64,000 bases of DNA from a virus (Duplodnaviria; Caudoviricetes): the IMG/VR virus record IMGVR_UViG_3300026549_000039, positions 82,264 through 146,263 of that record; one strand, given 5' to 3'. Every line of letters starts with the position of its first letter. Position 1 is the first letter of the stretch. The notes under the pieces are model-generated. The model did not search any database, was not told the origin of the DNA, and saw nothing but the letters and a program-made list of their open reading frames with translations. The translations under genes were made by a program, and so were the position numbers. Shown piece after piece: positions 8,568 to 18,026 of this stretch.

Positions 8568-9336
8568 TAATTATCCTGTTCATAGATTTTATTTCACTCT
8601 GGTGGGCATCGCGTATTTGGTCAATACGAATCAGCCCATGCTCCATTTGCTCAAACGCCATATAGGTGGTAAGAACCTGCTCTAACACGTAACTCTTGCT
8701 AGGTACAGAAAAGAATCGTATCAGGCCACCTATAATAGACTGTTCATACTGTATGTACCGTCTGAGTAAACAGCATCCTACCTTTACGCCTCCGTCTGCT
8801 GTTAGAATTGTTACATGATTCACGCCTAAAGATTGAGCTAACTTTCTGTGCAAAGGCCACATCACCTGCATAGCTCCTTTAGCTCTGCCTGCTTTAGTCT
8901 TTCTACCAACGGCATCAGCTTTGAAAGTACTTTCAACATCAACGACACCTACAACAAGACCGATAGGCAGGCAGTACATATGAGAATACCTTATGATTGC
9001 CTTTGCCATATCCTCCCTTTGCTGCTGAGTAAGGTTTGGGTTCACATAGTGTATATAGGACATAATATCTATGTAGGTCTTGAAGGTTTCAGCTGTCATT
9101 CCCAGCTTTTGACCTTCCTCTTGATGAAACCTATCAAGAACCATCTGGTACATTGGTTTTGTGTCTGATGCCTCGGCAGGTTTCGCAAATATGAGGTTGT
9201 TTGCTTTAACCAACATGTTATAGGCGCTGACCCAAAATACAGCGGACAGAATCAGAACAAGTAAGCATAACCATCCTGCAAATGCCATTTCGTTGTCTCC
9301 TTTCAGATCCTTATAGGTAAGTTTTCGTAAATACAT
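8554..9336 (-). CDS. SLT-family lytic transglycosylase with N-terminal membrane anchor
   Basis: Catalytic VES (VGVVDVESTF) and GAMQVM motifs; hydrophobic N-terminus; own TGCTATAAT promoter. Confidence 0.85.
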   Translation of the reverse strand: MYLRKLTYKDLKGDNEMAFAGWLCLLVLILSAVFWVSAYNMLVKANNLIFAKPAEASDTKPMYQMVLDRFHQEEGQKLGMTAETFKTYIDIMSYIHYVNPNLTQQQREDMAKAIIRYSHMYCLPIGLVVGVVDVESTFKADAVGRKTKAGRAKGAMQVMWPLHRKLAQSLGVNHVTILTADGGVKVGCCLLRRYIQYEQSIIGGLIRFFSVPSKSYVLEQVLTTYMAFEQMEHGLIRIDQIRDAHQSEIKSMNRIIKRGR

Positions 9337-9455
9337 GATAGGTACCTCCCATTAGTTTGTGTCTGATAATTATAGCACAGTGATACCAAGGTTATACGGA
9401 GCACCATTGGTTGTCTGTATAGTAAATCTCTTTTAGGTCTACAGGACCAGCTATA

Positions 9456-11531
9456 TTGGGCACGACAGATTTGGTGGCTAAAAGCTATAATGGTTCGAGG
9501 TCGGCGCAGATAATAAGCAGTGATATCTGCGCCTTTATTCTACTACAAGGTGGCGGAACAATCATGTCATTATCAAAGGAAACACTAGTCAGCATGGGTT
9601 ACAACACATCGTTCTCGGAAAAGATAGCAGGATATCCAGACAGGCTTTTGGAGTTGAACGGGATCTCAGACCATCAATTAGGATTGGCTCAGTTCTATGA
9701 GAATCTAATGAAGCGAACGTCTAGGCTGGCTGATACCTCGGTGGACTCTAATGCTAACGTAGGTAGCAAAACGACAGCAGCTATCCTCCAGGAGATTGAC
9801 AAGCCAAGGCAGAGGTTGTACGCATTGAATGGTATTTGGGAGTACCTGATTAAGAATGACGGGTATGAGCGTGCTGTAGAGGTAATGGACGCTATAATCG
9901 GGGGCTTGATCTACCCGCATGACTTACCACTGTTCATGTATGACCACTACTGTTATGCCTTCTCTGCTGAGAAACTCATGAAGGATGGCCTGCCGTTTAT
10001 CCCAAGGCTACCGTCTAAACCAGCCCAGCACGCACGCAGCTTCATCGCACATGTAAACCAGTTTATCCAGTTTGCGTCAAACCATCAGGCTGGTGCAACT
10101 GCTATACCTGGATTGTGGGTAGCTTATGCGTACTACGCCAAGAAGGACGGCCTCACACTGGAAGGCAGGCAGCAGGATTATCAGGAGTTCATATTTACCT
10201 GCAATCAGCCTGTTAGATACTCAGCTCAGAGCCCGTTCGTGAACGTATCACTCCTGGATAAGTACTACATGCAGGGGCAGTATGGTGATATCTACGACGA
10301 GGACGGGCGCGTTGTGGGTCACAAGTTCACCTATCCTGACGGTTCTTTACCAGACTGGAAGTTTGTGGATCAGATCCAGCGGGAATTTTATGAGTACTTT
10401 AATAAGTGTATTGATGACAATGGCAGACCTATTACCTTCCCTGTTATAACAGCGGCTATGATTAAGGACAAGAAGACTGGGATGCCTGCTGATAGGGAGT
10501 TCCTAGAGTGGTTCTGTAGCGAGAATGTCAAGCATTGTTCTGCAAACATACTTCTTAACTACGATCCGAACAACTTTGCGTCTTGCTGCCGTATGATGAA
10601 CTACACTGATCCGCTCAAGTACACAAATTCGTTTGGAGCAGGCGGAGATTCTATTGGATCTTGGGGTGTGGCCACATTGAATTTGGCCGGAATTGCAGGA
10701 GAAGGGTTGAAAAAGGACAAAACGGGCTACTCCTACTCTAAGTTCCTGTCAGACGTTAAGAAGTATGCTGATATGGCTCGCGAGATTGTGGGCATACGCA
10801 GGCATTATGTCACCCAGAATATCCAGCGTGGTCTACTTCCTCTCTTCACGATGGGGTATGTAAAGCCCGAATCGCTGTACTTAACAGTGGGTATTGTTGG
10901 GGCATATGAAGCATTGGAGCAGCTTGGCTGTTTCAGCAGGGATAGAGTTGATAACTGCCTGCATTACTATGTTGACATGCTGGATGTGCTTAATGCCGGT
11001 AACAAGGAAGCCAATGATGAGCAGACCAATACTATCTACAACCTTGAGCAGGTTCCGGCAGAGAATGCAGCTGTCAAGCTGGCTACGATTGACAGAGTGT
11101 TGGGTAGGCACGATTACCAGCTCCTGTCCAACCAGTGGCTTCCTCTATCCTACAACACAGACATCTTCTCTAGGTTGGAGGTATCTGGCGCTTTGGATAC
11201 AGCTATGTCTGGCGGCGCTATCGTTCACATATCAGCGGGGCAGGAGCTAGATGCTAACTCGATGCAGTCCCTTATAGACTATGCGTCAAAGACAGAGAAT
11301 GTCTACTTTGCTGTTAATTATATGTTTAGCTGCTGCCATGATTGCCACTCTATATCTCACTCGGCAAACACTATAGCGTGCCCAAAGTGCGGTGGGAGCA
11401 ATCTTGATAAGTTTACTAGGGTAGTAGGCTTTATTACACCCCTCGATACCTGGTCCACCCCTAGAAAGGAGGAGAAGAGGATCCAGCTGGATTTACAGAT
11501 GAAGAATTATGTAGCAGGCAGGGCAGGTTAG
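9456..11531 (+). CDS. nrdD: Anaerobic (class III) ribonucleotide reductase, no ATP cone; real start probably ATG 9564
   Basis: HDL, SCCR active site, PAE, C-terminal CHDC/CPKC and glycyl-radical motif TRVVGF. Confidence 0.92.
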   Translation: MGTTDLVAKSYNGSRSAQIISSDICAFILLQGGGTIMSLSKETLVSMGYNTSFSEKIAGYPDRLLELNGISDHQLGLAQFYENLMKRTSRLADTSVDSNANVGSKTTAAILQEIDKPRQRLYALNGIWEYLIKNDGYERAVEVMDAIIGGLIYPHDLPLFMYDHYCYAFSAEKLMKDGLPFIPRLPSKPAQHARSFIAHVNQFIQFASNHQAGATAIPGLWVAYAYYAKKDGLTLEGRQQDYQEFIFTCNQPVRYSAQSPFVNVSLLDKYYMQGQYGDIYDEDGRVVGHKFTYPDGSLPDWKFVDQIQREFYEYFNKCIDDNGRPITFPVITAAMIKDKKTGMPADREFLEWFCSENVKHCSANILLNYDPNNFASCCRMMNYTDPLKYTNSFGAGGDSIGSWGVATLNLAGIAGEGLKKDKTGYSYSKFLSDVKKYADMAREIVGIRRHYVTQNIQRGLLPLFTMGYVKPESLYLTVGIVGAYEALEQLGCFSRDRVDNCLHYYVDMLDVLNAGNKEANDEQTNTIYNLEQVPAENAAVKLATIDRVLGRHDYQLLSNQWLPLSYNTDIFSRLEVSGALDTAMSGGAIVHISAGQELDANSMQSLIDYASKTENVYFAVNYMFSCCHDCHSISHSANTIACPKCGGSNLDKFTRVVGFITPLDTWSTPRKEEKRIQLDLQMKNYVAGRAG

Positions 11532-11544
11532 GTGGTGTACTACC

Positions 11545-12099
11545 ATGTTTTATGATTTGACGGTAGACTATGGAGGAGTGAACTTCCCGAAACCATATAG
11601 GAAGAAAGATGTTATCTATATCGGCTTCATAGCTGTTTTTTCTGGGTGCAATAGAGCTGTTAGTGGGAATCCGTGTCCTGATTGCCAAAACTCTAGCCTG
11701 TGGGAACATGCTTGTAAGTCTAGGTTTGATTCTATAAAGGATATAACAGCATTTGTACATAAGAAGGTTAGCATATTTGATGGAATCAGTGCTGGTAGAG
11801 CAGTAAAGTACTTCTACGCTGTTCTAGGTGGGGAGCCTCTGGATCAAGAAGCTGATGACCTGCGCATTGTGCATAGAGCAGTGCGAGCTGGTTTGGAAAG
11901 GCCGGTTCCTAGTGTGCTGTTTACAGGTTACTCATCATTGAACCAGAACGGTATAAACGATGGAACCAAGCGTTACGTACTCGAACAGATCAATTATGTT
12001 AAGGTTGGGTCGTACCTAGGCGACGCCTACAAGGTTGATGGCCTAGAATCTGGACTAGCAACAGCTAACCAGCGTTGGATAATAGTAAACCCTATTTAG
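11545..12099 (+). CDS. nrdG: NrdG-like radical-SAM activase
   Basis: Follows nrdD; FSGC-x8-CPDCQN, LGGEPL, FTGY, NQR. Confidence 0.8.
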   Translation: MFYDLTVDYGGVNFPKPYRKKDVIYIGFIAVFSGCNRAVSGNPCPDCQNSSLWEHACKSRFDSIKDITAFVHKKVSIFDGISAGRAVKYFYAVLGGEPLDQEADDLRIVHRAVRAGLERPVPSVLFTGYSSLNQNGINDGTKRYVLEQINYVKVGSYLGDAYKVDGLESGLATANQRWIIVNPI

Positions 12100-12108
12100 A
12101 ATAAGACA

Positions 12109-12140
12109 AGCCCCGTTCCATAATGGATACGGGGCTGTTC
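12109..12140. terminator. Bidirectional terminator
   Basis: AGCCCCGT...ACGGGGCT between convergent nrdG and HU genes. Confidence 0.65.
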
Positions 12141-12155
12141 CTTTAATGGATAGCT

Positions 12156-12518
12156 TTACTCAGCGTTCAGGTCTGCCTTCAGGGCTTTACCGACCTTCAG
12201 CCTCACCGTCCACTGGGCCGGAATGTCGATAATCTCATCAGGTTTCTGAGGATTCCTTCCCTGCCTCGGCTGGCGGTAAACAGGCTCCAAGAGGAACAGG
12301 TTGTGGGCCGACACAGACTTCTTTTTGGCTAGAGCGTCACCAATGCATCTGAACGTAGACCTCACGACATCAGCAATCTGAGCCTTAGTAAGATCGTGGT
12401 CAGTGCTGGAGGAAACAAGATTTGCCACCTCGTCAATCAGCTCACCGTACCCCAATCTCCCATTCAGCTCTTTTGTCGCGGCCTTCTTGGGCTCAACTTT
12501 CTTTGCCATAGCAACCAC
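12156..12518 (-). CDS. hup: HU/IHF-family DNA-binding protein
   Basis: ELIDEVA...LTKAQI...RQPRQGRNPQ...IDIPA...KVGKALK. Confidence 0.88.
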   Translation of the reverse strand: MVAMAKKVEPKKAATKELNGRLGYGELIDEVANLVSSSTDHDLTKAQIADVVRSTFRCIGDALAKKKSVSAHNLFLLEPVYRQPRQGRNPQKPDEIIDIPAQWTVRLKVGKALKADLNAE

Positions 12519-12634
12519 ACTACTCCTTTCGAGTATAAAAATTTAGCGCTACCAACGCTAGTAGCCTAATACTACTACATAACCCTGATTCTATCAAGTG
12601 TTTAGATATGGGTATAAAATGTAAGAAAAAGGAC

Positions 12635-12669
12635 TTGACAAAGCAGTCATGGGTAAGTATAATACTTAC
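12635..12669 (+). promoter_or_regulatory. Consensus sigma70 promoter with operator over the -10
   Basis: TTGACA(12635)-17-TATAAT(12658); GTAAGTATAATACTTAC at 12653-12669. Confidence 0.8.
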
Positions 12670-12705
12670 ATCGTCCAGTGAGGGACGGAGTATTGGGGGT
12701 TAAAT

Positions 12706-12936
12706 ATGAAGTTAAAGCAGCTGTTGTGGTTGGGTATGGGTTATATCTGGGAAGATGAAGAGTTTATGGAAAAGTTCTGCGCTGATTGCCCGAAGCGTTG
12801 TGCATATGGTGAACCAGCACCTGGATGTTTCAGGCTTGGAACTTACAACGAAATACAGGGGGTGTTATATGAAGCAGCTGAGAAATGTGTTTGTATTCTA
12901 ACAAGGTATGGAGTACCAGATGAGGATGGTGACTAA
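12706..12936 (+). CDS. Small Cys-cluster hypothetical protein
   Basis: CADCPKRC...C; first gene after the promoter. Confidence 0.65.
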   Translation: MKLKQLLWLGMGYIWEDEEFMEKFCADCPKRCAYGEPAPGCFRLGTYNEIQGVLYEAAEKCVCILTRYGVPDEDGD

Positions 12937-12938
12937 AA

Positions 12939-13352
12939 GTGTCAGGGTATAACTTAGGCATCGAAGTAAACGATGAAGAGTATTGCACTGCACTACGAAT
13001 TGATGATTCTGTAGATCATCTTGAAGCAATGAACCGGGCCTTTTGGGCTATTAAGAAGGAATTTTATCCTGAAGGGAAGGATGAAAATCGAGCAAAGTGT
13101 AGTTTTAAGTACCTTATCAAGAGTGTGAATTATATTCGAGCTGCTGTTGAAGCTATTAAGGATGCTCGCTATGAGCTGCACAATGCTATCTATGATCCTG
13201 AGTATTATGAAAATTCTCTCTCTACTACGCTTGCTGAGGAGAGGCTCAAGAAGTTGGACAAGATGTTGTTCTCTCTCGAAAGCTGGGTAGCATACGTCAT
13301 GTCAACATTGGAGATTACTGAAGATGAGCTCAACAATTCAAGAGATGGCTAA
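12939..13352 (+). CDS. Hypothetical protein
   Basis: In operon. Confidence 0.6.
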   Translation: MSGYNLGIEVNDEEYCTALRIDDSVDHLEAMNRAFWAIKKEFYPEGKDENRAKCSFKYLIKSVNYIRAAVEAIKDARYELHNAIYDPEYYENSLSTTLAEERLKKLDKMLFSLESWVAYVMSTLEITEDELNNSRDG

Positions 13353-13851
13353 CAAGTTTTCTATCTTAGATGTTGCGTGTGGTGGGCGGACGTTTTACTA
13401 CAACAAGAACGATCCTGATGTTCTGTTTGTAGATAACAGGAACGAGTGCTTTGAACTGTGCGACGGTAGGACTTTCAACATAAGCCCCGATTTAACACTG
13501 GACTTTACGAATCTTCCATTTCCGTCTAACAGTTTCAAGATGGTTATATTTGATCCGCCACATCTTACAAGAGCAGAGGTGAATGGATGGCAGTACAAGA
13601 AGTATGGCGTCTTGCCTAAAGATTGGAAGCCTTACATTAAGGCAGGGTTCAAAGAGTGCTTCAGGGTTTTGGAGGAAGGTGGTTCGCTGATATTTAAATG
13701 GTCTGAGGTACATGTTTTGCTAAATGAAGTGCTGCCACTCGCAGCTTACAACCCTGTTATATTGGACAAAGGGCATGGTAGGGGTAGCAGATATGTTGTG
13801 TACATAAAATTACCATCGAAACTAAGGGTGGACACAGATGAAGCGTTGTGA
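13324..13851 (+). CDS. Class I SAM-dependent methyltransferase, probably DNA amino-MTase-like
   Basis: ILDVACGGR SAM-binding motif, DPPH catalytic-type motif, ECFRVL, IFKW. Confidence 0.8.
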   Translation: MSSTIQEMANKFSILDVACGGRTFYYNKNDPDVLFVDNRNECFELCDGRTFNISPDLTLDFTNLPFPSNSFKMVIFDPPHLTRAEVNGWQYKKYGVLPKDWKPYIKAGFKECFRVLEEGGSLIFKWSEVHVLLNEVLPLAAYNPVILDKGHGRGSRYVVYIKLPSKLRVDTDEAL

Positions 13852-14290
13852 TCTGCTAAGAATAGGCAGGCGTTATATGGTACAGGCCATACATCTGGAT
13901 CCAGTATTAGTGGAGTATCCATCGCCGCCAGTACTGAATTGGATGCCTGATCTTATAGGCTGGAAGCTGGATATAGGTTTTGGAGGGACATACGTACTAA
14001 ACAGCTACATAATTGATGTATGTGCAAACCTAAAGGAGTTCCGAAAGGATAGTACCAACAAGGCACTGGCTAAGTCTAACTTAGGGCAGAATCGTTACTA
14101 CTTAACACCGGATGGGTTGGTCCAGAAGGCTGATCTTCCAGAAGGGTGGGGTCTGATTTACTACAACACTAAAACTAAGAGATGTAGAAAGGTAGTACCA
14201 GCAACGTATAGAAGTAGGTTTGATGTGGAACGCCAAGAGGGACTTTTGCTCAGAAGCGTGGCACAAAACTGCACATGGGAGGATTACTGA
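13838..14290 (+). CDS. Putative MmcB-like PD-(D/E)xK nuclease-fold protein
   Basis: PDLIGW...RYYLTPDGLV..DLPEGWGLI; catalytic ExK not evident. Confidence 0.5.
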   Translation: MKRCDLLRIGRRYMVQAIHLDPVLVEYPSPPVLNWMPDLIGWKLDIGFGGTYVLNSYIIDVCANLKEFRKDSTNKALAKSNLGQNRYYLTPDGLVQKADLPEGWGLIYYNTKTKRCRKVVPATYRSRFDVERQEGLLLRSVAQNCTWEDY

Positions 14291-14550
14291 TGGGGAGGCC
14301 AAAGAATACAATCAGCAGAGATCAAGCCAAGCCAAAGGCTGCTAATATGTACTTCCGTGTAGATAGCGAGCTGTATCAGAAGTTCTGTAAGATAGCGGCT
14401 GTTCAGAAACTGAGCACACCACGCCTTGCTAGGCTTGCTGTTGAAGAATATGTGCAGAGGAATAAACAGCTGCTACAGCTTCATGACAGTATATGGGATA
14501 GCTCAGGGAAACTGAAGCTCAATGTACCAATAGAGGCTAACTATGACTAG
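14275..14550 (+). CDS. Ribbon-helix-helix DNA-binding protein (start probably 14290)
   Basis: NMYFRVDSELYQKFCKIA...LARLAVEEYV. Confidence 0.65.
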   Translation: MGGLLMGRPKNTISRDQAKPKAANMYFRVDSELYQKFCKIAAVQKLSTPRLARLAVEEYVQRNKQLLQLHDSIWDSSGKLKLNVPIEANYD

Positions 14551-15112
14551 TACGCTTGATGAGATCTATAAGAAAGTGCTACCCTATCTTACCATTGATG
14601 TAAACAGCATCAGCGATGAGATGGTAAGGCATACAGCCGGATATGCGTACCTAGCCCAAGAGCTTGCTAGAGCTAAAGGTAAAGCTGCTGACCTCAAGAA
14701 TAACCTTGAGTACAAGAAAGCTGTTGCACTAATCGAAAGCAAAGGATTGACTATAACTGACGGGCTGGGCAAAGAGATAGCTGTGACTGACTCTGTAGCA
14801 AAAGCGTGTGTAGATGCTTCTGAACCTGTAGCAGAAGCAAAGAAGGCTCTAGTAGCAGCTGAGAGAGACCTTGCGTTCTGGCAGAGTGTATTGGATGCTA
14901 TGTATCAGAGGAGCTATATGCTTACCAAACTGGCGGACATGCAACAGCATGAGCTGGCACTCGCTGGAAATGAGTACAACGAAGGCGTAAGGCAAAGTTT
15001 GAAGTCGGAGGTGGCAAATCAGGACACAAACAGGATTACACGTGATGCGTATATGGCAAAAAGGCAGTCCCAACTAGAGACTATGAGAGATGCTGTTAGA
15101 AGCAGCAAATGA
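14543..15112 (+). CDS. UvsY-like recombination mediator
   Basis: Helical protein (LTIDVNSISDEM...DAMYQRSYMLTKL) directly upstream of the SSB gene. Confidence 0.55.
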   Translation: MTSTLDEIYKKVLPYLTIDVNSISDEMVRHTAGYAYLAQELARAKGKAADLKNNLEYKKAVALIESKGLTITDGLGKEIAVTDSVAKACVDASEPVAEAKKALVAAERDLAFWQSVLDAMYQRSYMLTKLADMQQHELALAGNEYNEGVRQSLKSEVANQDTNRITRDAYMAKRQSQLETMRDAVRSSK

Positions 15113-15128
15113 AAGGGGTAATTAGAAT

Positions 15129-16367
15129 ATGAGTTTACTTTGTGGAGGAGAAGCTGGGCGCAAGCCCATGAAGAGGTCTGGGTTCCAGGGTGCAGTGGCT
15201 GGTGCTTCTAGCGTGAAAGCAAAAGCTCAGGCGCAGGCCGGTAGTGGTATCATCAATATGAACAAGCTGAAGAACCTACAGGCCAAAAAGAAGGCTACCT
15301 TGGAGGCCTACAAGCTGAATGCCAACGGCCTGTCCAGGATGCGCTTAGTCAAGCCTATTGGTAACGATGACGTTCCTATGATGTCTGCGGATGCTCACTG
15401 GCTTCCTGTTGTGAACGATGATGGCAAGACGATCAAGCGCAAGGTCTACTGCTACTCGCAGTTTGGGTTTGACTTCTGCCCCATTTGCGCTTTGCATGAT
15501 GCTCTTAGTGCTGCATCTGACCAGGCTTTGGTGGCTGATGGCGATATACTGAAAGCATCTAACAAGTGGGCAGCCTACATCATCAACAGGGACTACATGG
15601 CTGGAGCTGAGGACCCTATTTCTGCTCACGACCCGCGCCAGGACAAGGTTGTGCTGTTCGACAACATGAACCCGAAGATTGCGGACGACATCATCAAGCA
15701 TCTTGGTATGCGTGTATGGGGTGATGCTTCCGATCCTGTAAATGGGTATGACTTCGAGATTGAGGGTACACCCAGCGGAAAGATTTTCAACAACTACAAG
15801 GTGTCTGACTACGCCCTGTCTCCTATACCCAAGGATTTCTCGCCGCCCTATGATGAGGCGCTGCTGAAGAACATGAAGCCTCTCTCGGAGATCGTGAAGT
15901 ACATGCCTAGGAACGATCTACAGAAGATCTTTGATCCCATTCTGGTAAGCCTCCAACAGGAGAGCGAAGAGGCTGCGGCTATTGTCGCTGCGTTCTCTGA
16001 TGAGTATAATCAGATGCTGAGAGCCATCGAGGCTGGTCCTGAAGTCGAGATCGACGAGCAGGAGGTTATCGAGGTGCAGGGAGGTGAGGAGGATGCCGAA
16101 GGGCAGGACAATACACTCGAACGGGGGGCTGAAAGTGACAGTGAAGCACCCGACGATGAGATCGGGGTCGAAAGCGATGCCGAAGGGGAAAGCGCTGAGG
16201 AAGATGCAGAACCTGGAGAGGAAGTCGAGGAACCCTTAGAGGAAGATGCTGACAATGAGGACGAAGAGGAGGCACCCAAGCAGACTGCTAAGCCTGCTCC
16301 ATCTACTACCAATAGGAATGCAGCACTCCTGGGCGAGTTAAAGAACATAGGCAAGAAGAGTAAGTGA
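15129..16367 (+). CDS. T4 gp32-like single-stranded DNA-binding protein
   Basis: HW...YC...CPIC zinc motif, DPVNGYDFEI motif, long acidic C-terminal tail. Confidence 0.75.
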   Translation: MSLLCGGEAGRKPMKRSGFQGAVAGASSVKAKAQAQAGSGIINMNKLKNLQAKKKATLEAYKLNANGLSRMRLVKPIGNDDVPMMSADAHWLPVVNDDGKTIKRKVYCYSQFGFDFCPICALHDALSAASDQALVADGDILKASNKWAAYIINRDYMAGAEDPISAHDPRQDKVVLFDNMNPKIADDIIKHLGMRVWGDASDPVNGYDFEIEGTPSGKIFNNYKVSDYALSPIPKDFSPPYDEALLKNMKPLSEIVKYMPRNDLQKIFDPILVSLQQESEEAAAIVAAFSDEYNQMLRAIEAGPEVEIDEQEVIEVQGGEEDAEGQDNTLERGAESDSEAPDDEIGVESDAEGESAEEDAEPGEEVEEPLEEDADNEDEEEAPKQTAKPAPSTTNRNAALLGELKNIGKKSK

Positions 16368-16633
16368 ACCTATCAATGAGGAGTTCTCTACTAGCATGTG
16401 TTCTTGGTGTTAGCTTAATCTGTAGCCCTGTAAGTGGCTATACATGGGGCTCGCGAGCTGATCGAAACAGCAAGATTACTCTGTACTCTGAAGATGGAAC
16501 CCCGGTTCATCAGTGGGTAGTGCCTCAAAGCTATATCCATGTCAGGGACCACGTTGTTACCATTAACCAGAACGGTAAGAAAACAACAATCCTGATATAC
16601 ACGGGATGGGTAATCATTGAAGATATGGAGTAG
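16364..16633 (+). CDS. Small exported protein
   Basis: Signal-like N-terminus. Confidence 0.55.
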   Translation: MNLSMRSSLLACVLGVSLICSPVSGYTWGSRADRNSKITLYSEDGTPVHQWVVPQSYIHVRDHVVTINQNGKKTTILIYTGWVIIEDME

Positions 16634-16701
16634 ACACTAGCAACTGTAAGTTGGGCAGGGTGCTATAGGCCTCTGCCCAACACTAAAATGGAGGTGATAC
16701 G

Positions 16702-17016
16702 ATGCCAGCTCAGGTTGATCCGAATCCAGTAACAAATCCGGGAATGGAACTGGAGTGTGTAAACTGCAAAGGAATGTTGGATGCTGGTTTGATTACTACA
16801 CCTACAGATCCGTGGATATGGCATGTTCCAGAAGGTAATGGACCCGATGGACAGGGCACAGAAGTAGGCGGGTTTGAGGACGAAGATAAGACTAGGCCAC
16901 TTGAAACTAACGCTAAGCATCCACATTGCCCTGTTTGTGGATCCCATGCTGTAAGAGTACTTAGGACTATCAATTCTGGGAGCAAGAGAGATGACAATGG
17001 AACAAGTACCCCTTAG
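16702..17016 (+). CDS. Zinc-ribbon protein
   Basis: CVNC...CPVCGS; GGAGGTG RBS. Confidence 0.65.
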   Translation: MPAQVDPNPVTNPGMELECVNCKGMLDAGLITTPTDPWIWHVPEGNGPDGQGTEVGGFEDEDKTRPLETNAKHPHCPVCGSHAVRVLRTINSGSKRDDNGTSTP

Positions 17017-17473
17017 TATGATTCTAGCTGCTAGGGACGTTATGATGTCTGCTACAGCTCTGGCTCTGTACAGAAAGGATAATCCTGGATACTTACACGT
17101 AGCGCAAACGTATCCGCATCTTGTATCACAGATGGATGACCTTACACTTGGATGGACCGTTCTTCCAAAAGCCATAATTGGTAGTGCTGATGGATTCAAG
17201 CGGTACTACGATGTCTATACCCGCAACCTGGAATCTGGGTTTTATCCAAGCCTGCCCGAAGAAGTAACACCTGAAGAGTACAAGGAAATCATTCTGAAAG
17301 CATTAGACTACGCTAAGCAGAACATTCTACCACTGCTAGAAAAGTTACAGCATAATAAGCAGGTTTTAGTAGGAGACTTATTGCCAGAGGAGGTGAGGAG
17401 TATTGGCATTACCGACCCGTCTGAAGAAGACTTCATTGAAGAAGATGAAGGAGGAGAGGGACCAGAAGATTGA
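16991..17473 (+). CDS. Hypothetical protein
   Basis: In operon. Confidence 0.6.
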   Translation: MTMEQVPLSMILAARDVMMSATALALYRKDNPGYLHVAQTYPHLVSQMDDLTLGWTVLPKAIIGSADGFKRYYDVYTRNLESGFYPSLPEEVTPEEYKEIILKALDYAKQNILPLLEKLQHNKQVLVGDLLPEEVRSIGITDPSEEDFIEEDEGGEGPED

Positions 17474-18026
17474 AGCAAAGCTAGAACCTATATATCCATG
17501 GACTAGATACGCAATCGGTATTGATCCTGGTTTGAAAGGTGGTATAGCTTGTATAGACAACCTGCATAATAAGGTTGTGCTCGCAGTAGCAACACCCACT
17601 ATTCTGGACCAAAAGTCTGGTAAACCTACATATGACATCCGAAGTATGAATACAACATTAACGCTGCCATGTACACAGTATCAGGGAGACTGCTCAATCA
17701 TTATAGAAAGGCAGCAAGCAATGCCACAACAGGGTGTTGTATCTATGTTTACGACTGGGTTTGGTTATGGTATATGGACAGCGCTGATAGCATTAACTGG
17801 TGTACCTGAAGTTATGAAACATGTTGTGAGATCCACAGAATGGCAGGTAATACTAAGGGGTGAGGATGCTAAAGATGAAACCAAGGCCAAGAGTATAGCT
17901 AGAGTACACAGGCTGTTCCCTGATGTAAACCTAGCCCAAGGCAGGAGGCGTGTTGACTCCGACGGTATAGCTGATGCTATCAACATAGCCCACTATGCTT
18001 GCATCAGGATGGTGAGTACAACGTGA
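17403..18026 (+). CDS. ruvC: RuvC-like Holliday junction resolvase
   Basis: IGIDPGLKGG, IIIER...QGVVSMFTTGFGYG, DGIADAINIA. Confidence 0.82.
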   Translation: MALPTRLKKTSLKKMKEERDQKIEAKLEPIYPWTRYAIGIDPGLKGGIACIDNLHNKVVLAVATPTILDQKSGKPTYDIRSMNTTLTLPCTQYQGDCSIIIERQQAMPQQGVVSMFTTGFGYGIWTALIALTGVPEVMKHVVRSTEWQVILRGEDAKDETKAKSIARVHRLFPDVNLAQGRRRVDSDGIADAINIAHYACIRMVSTT

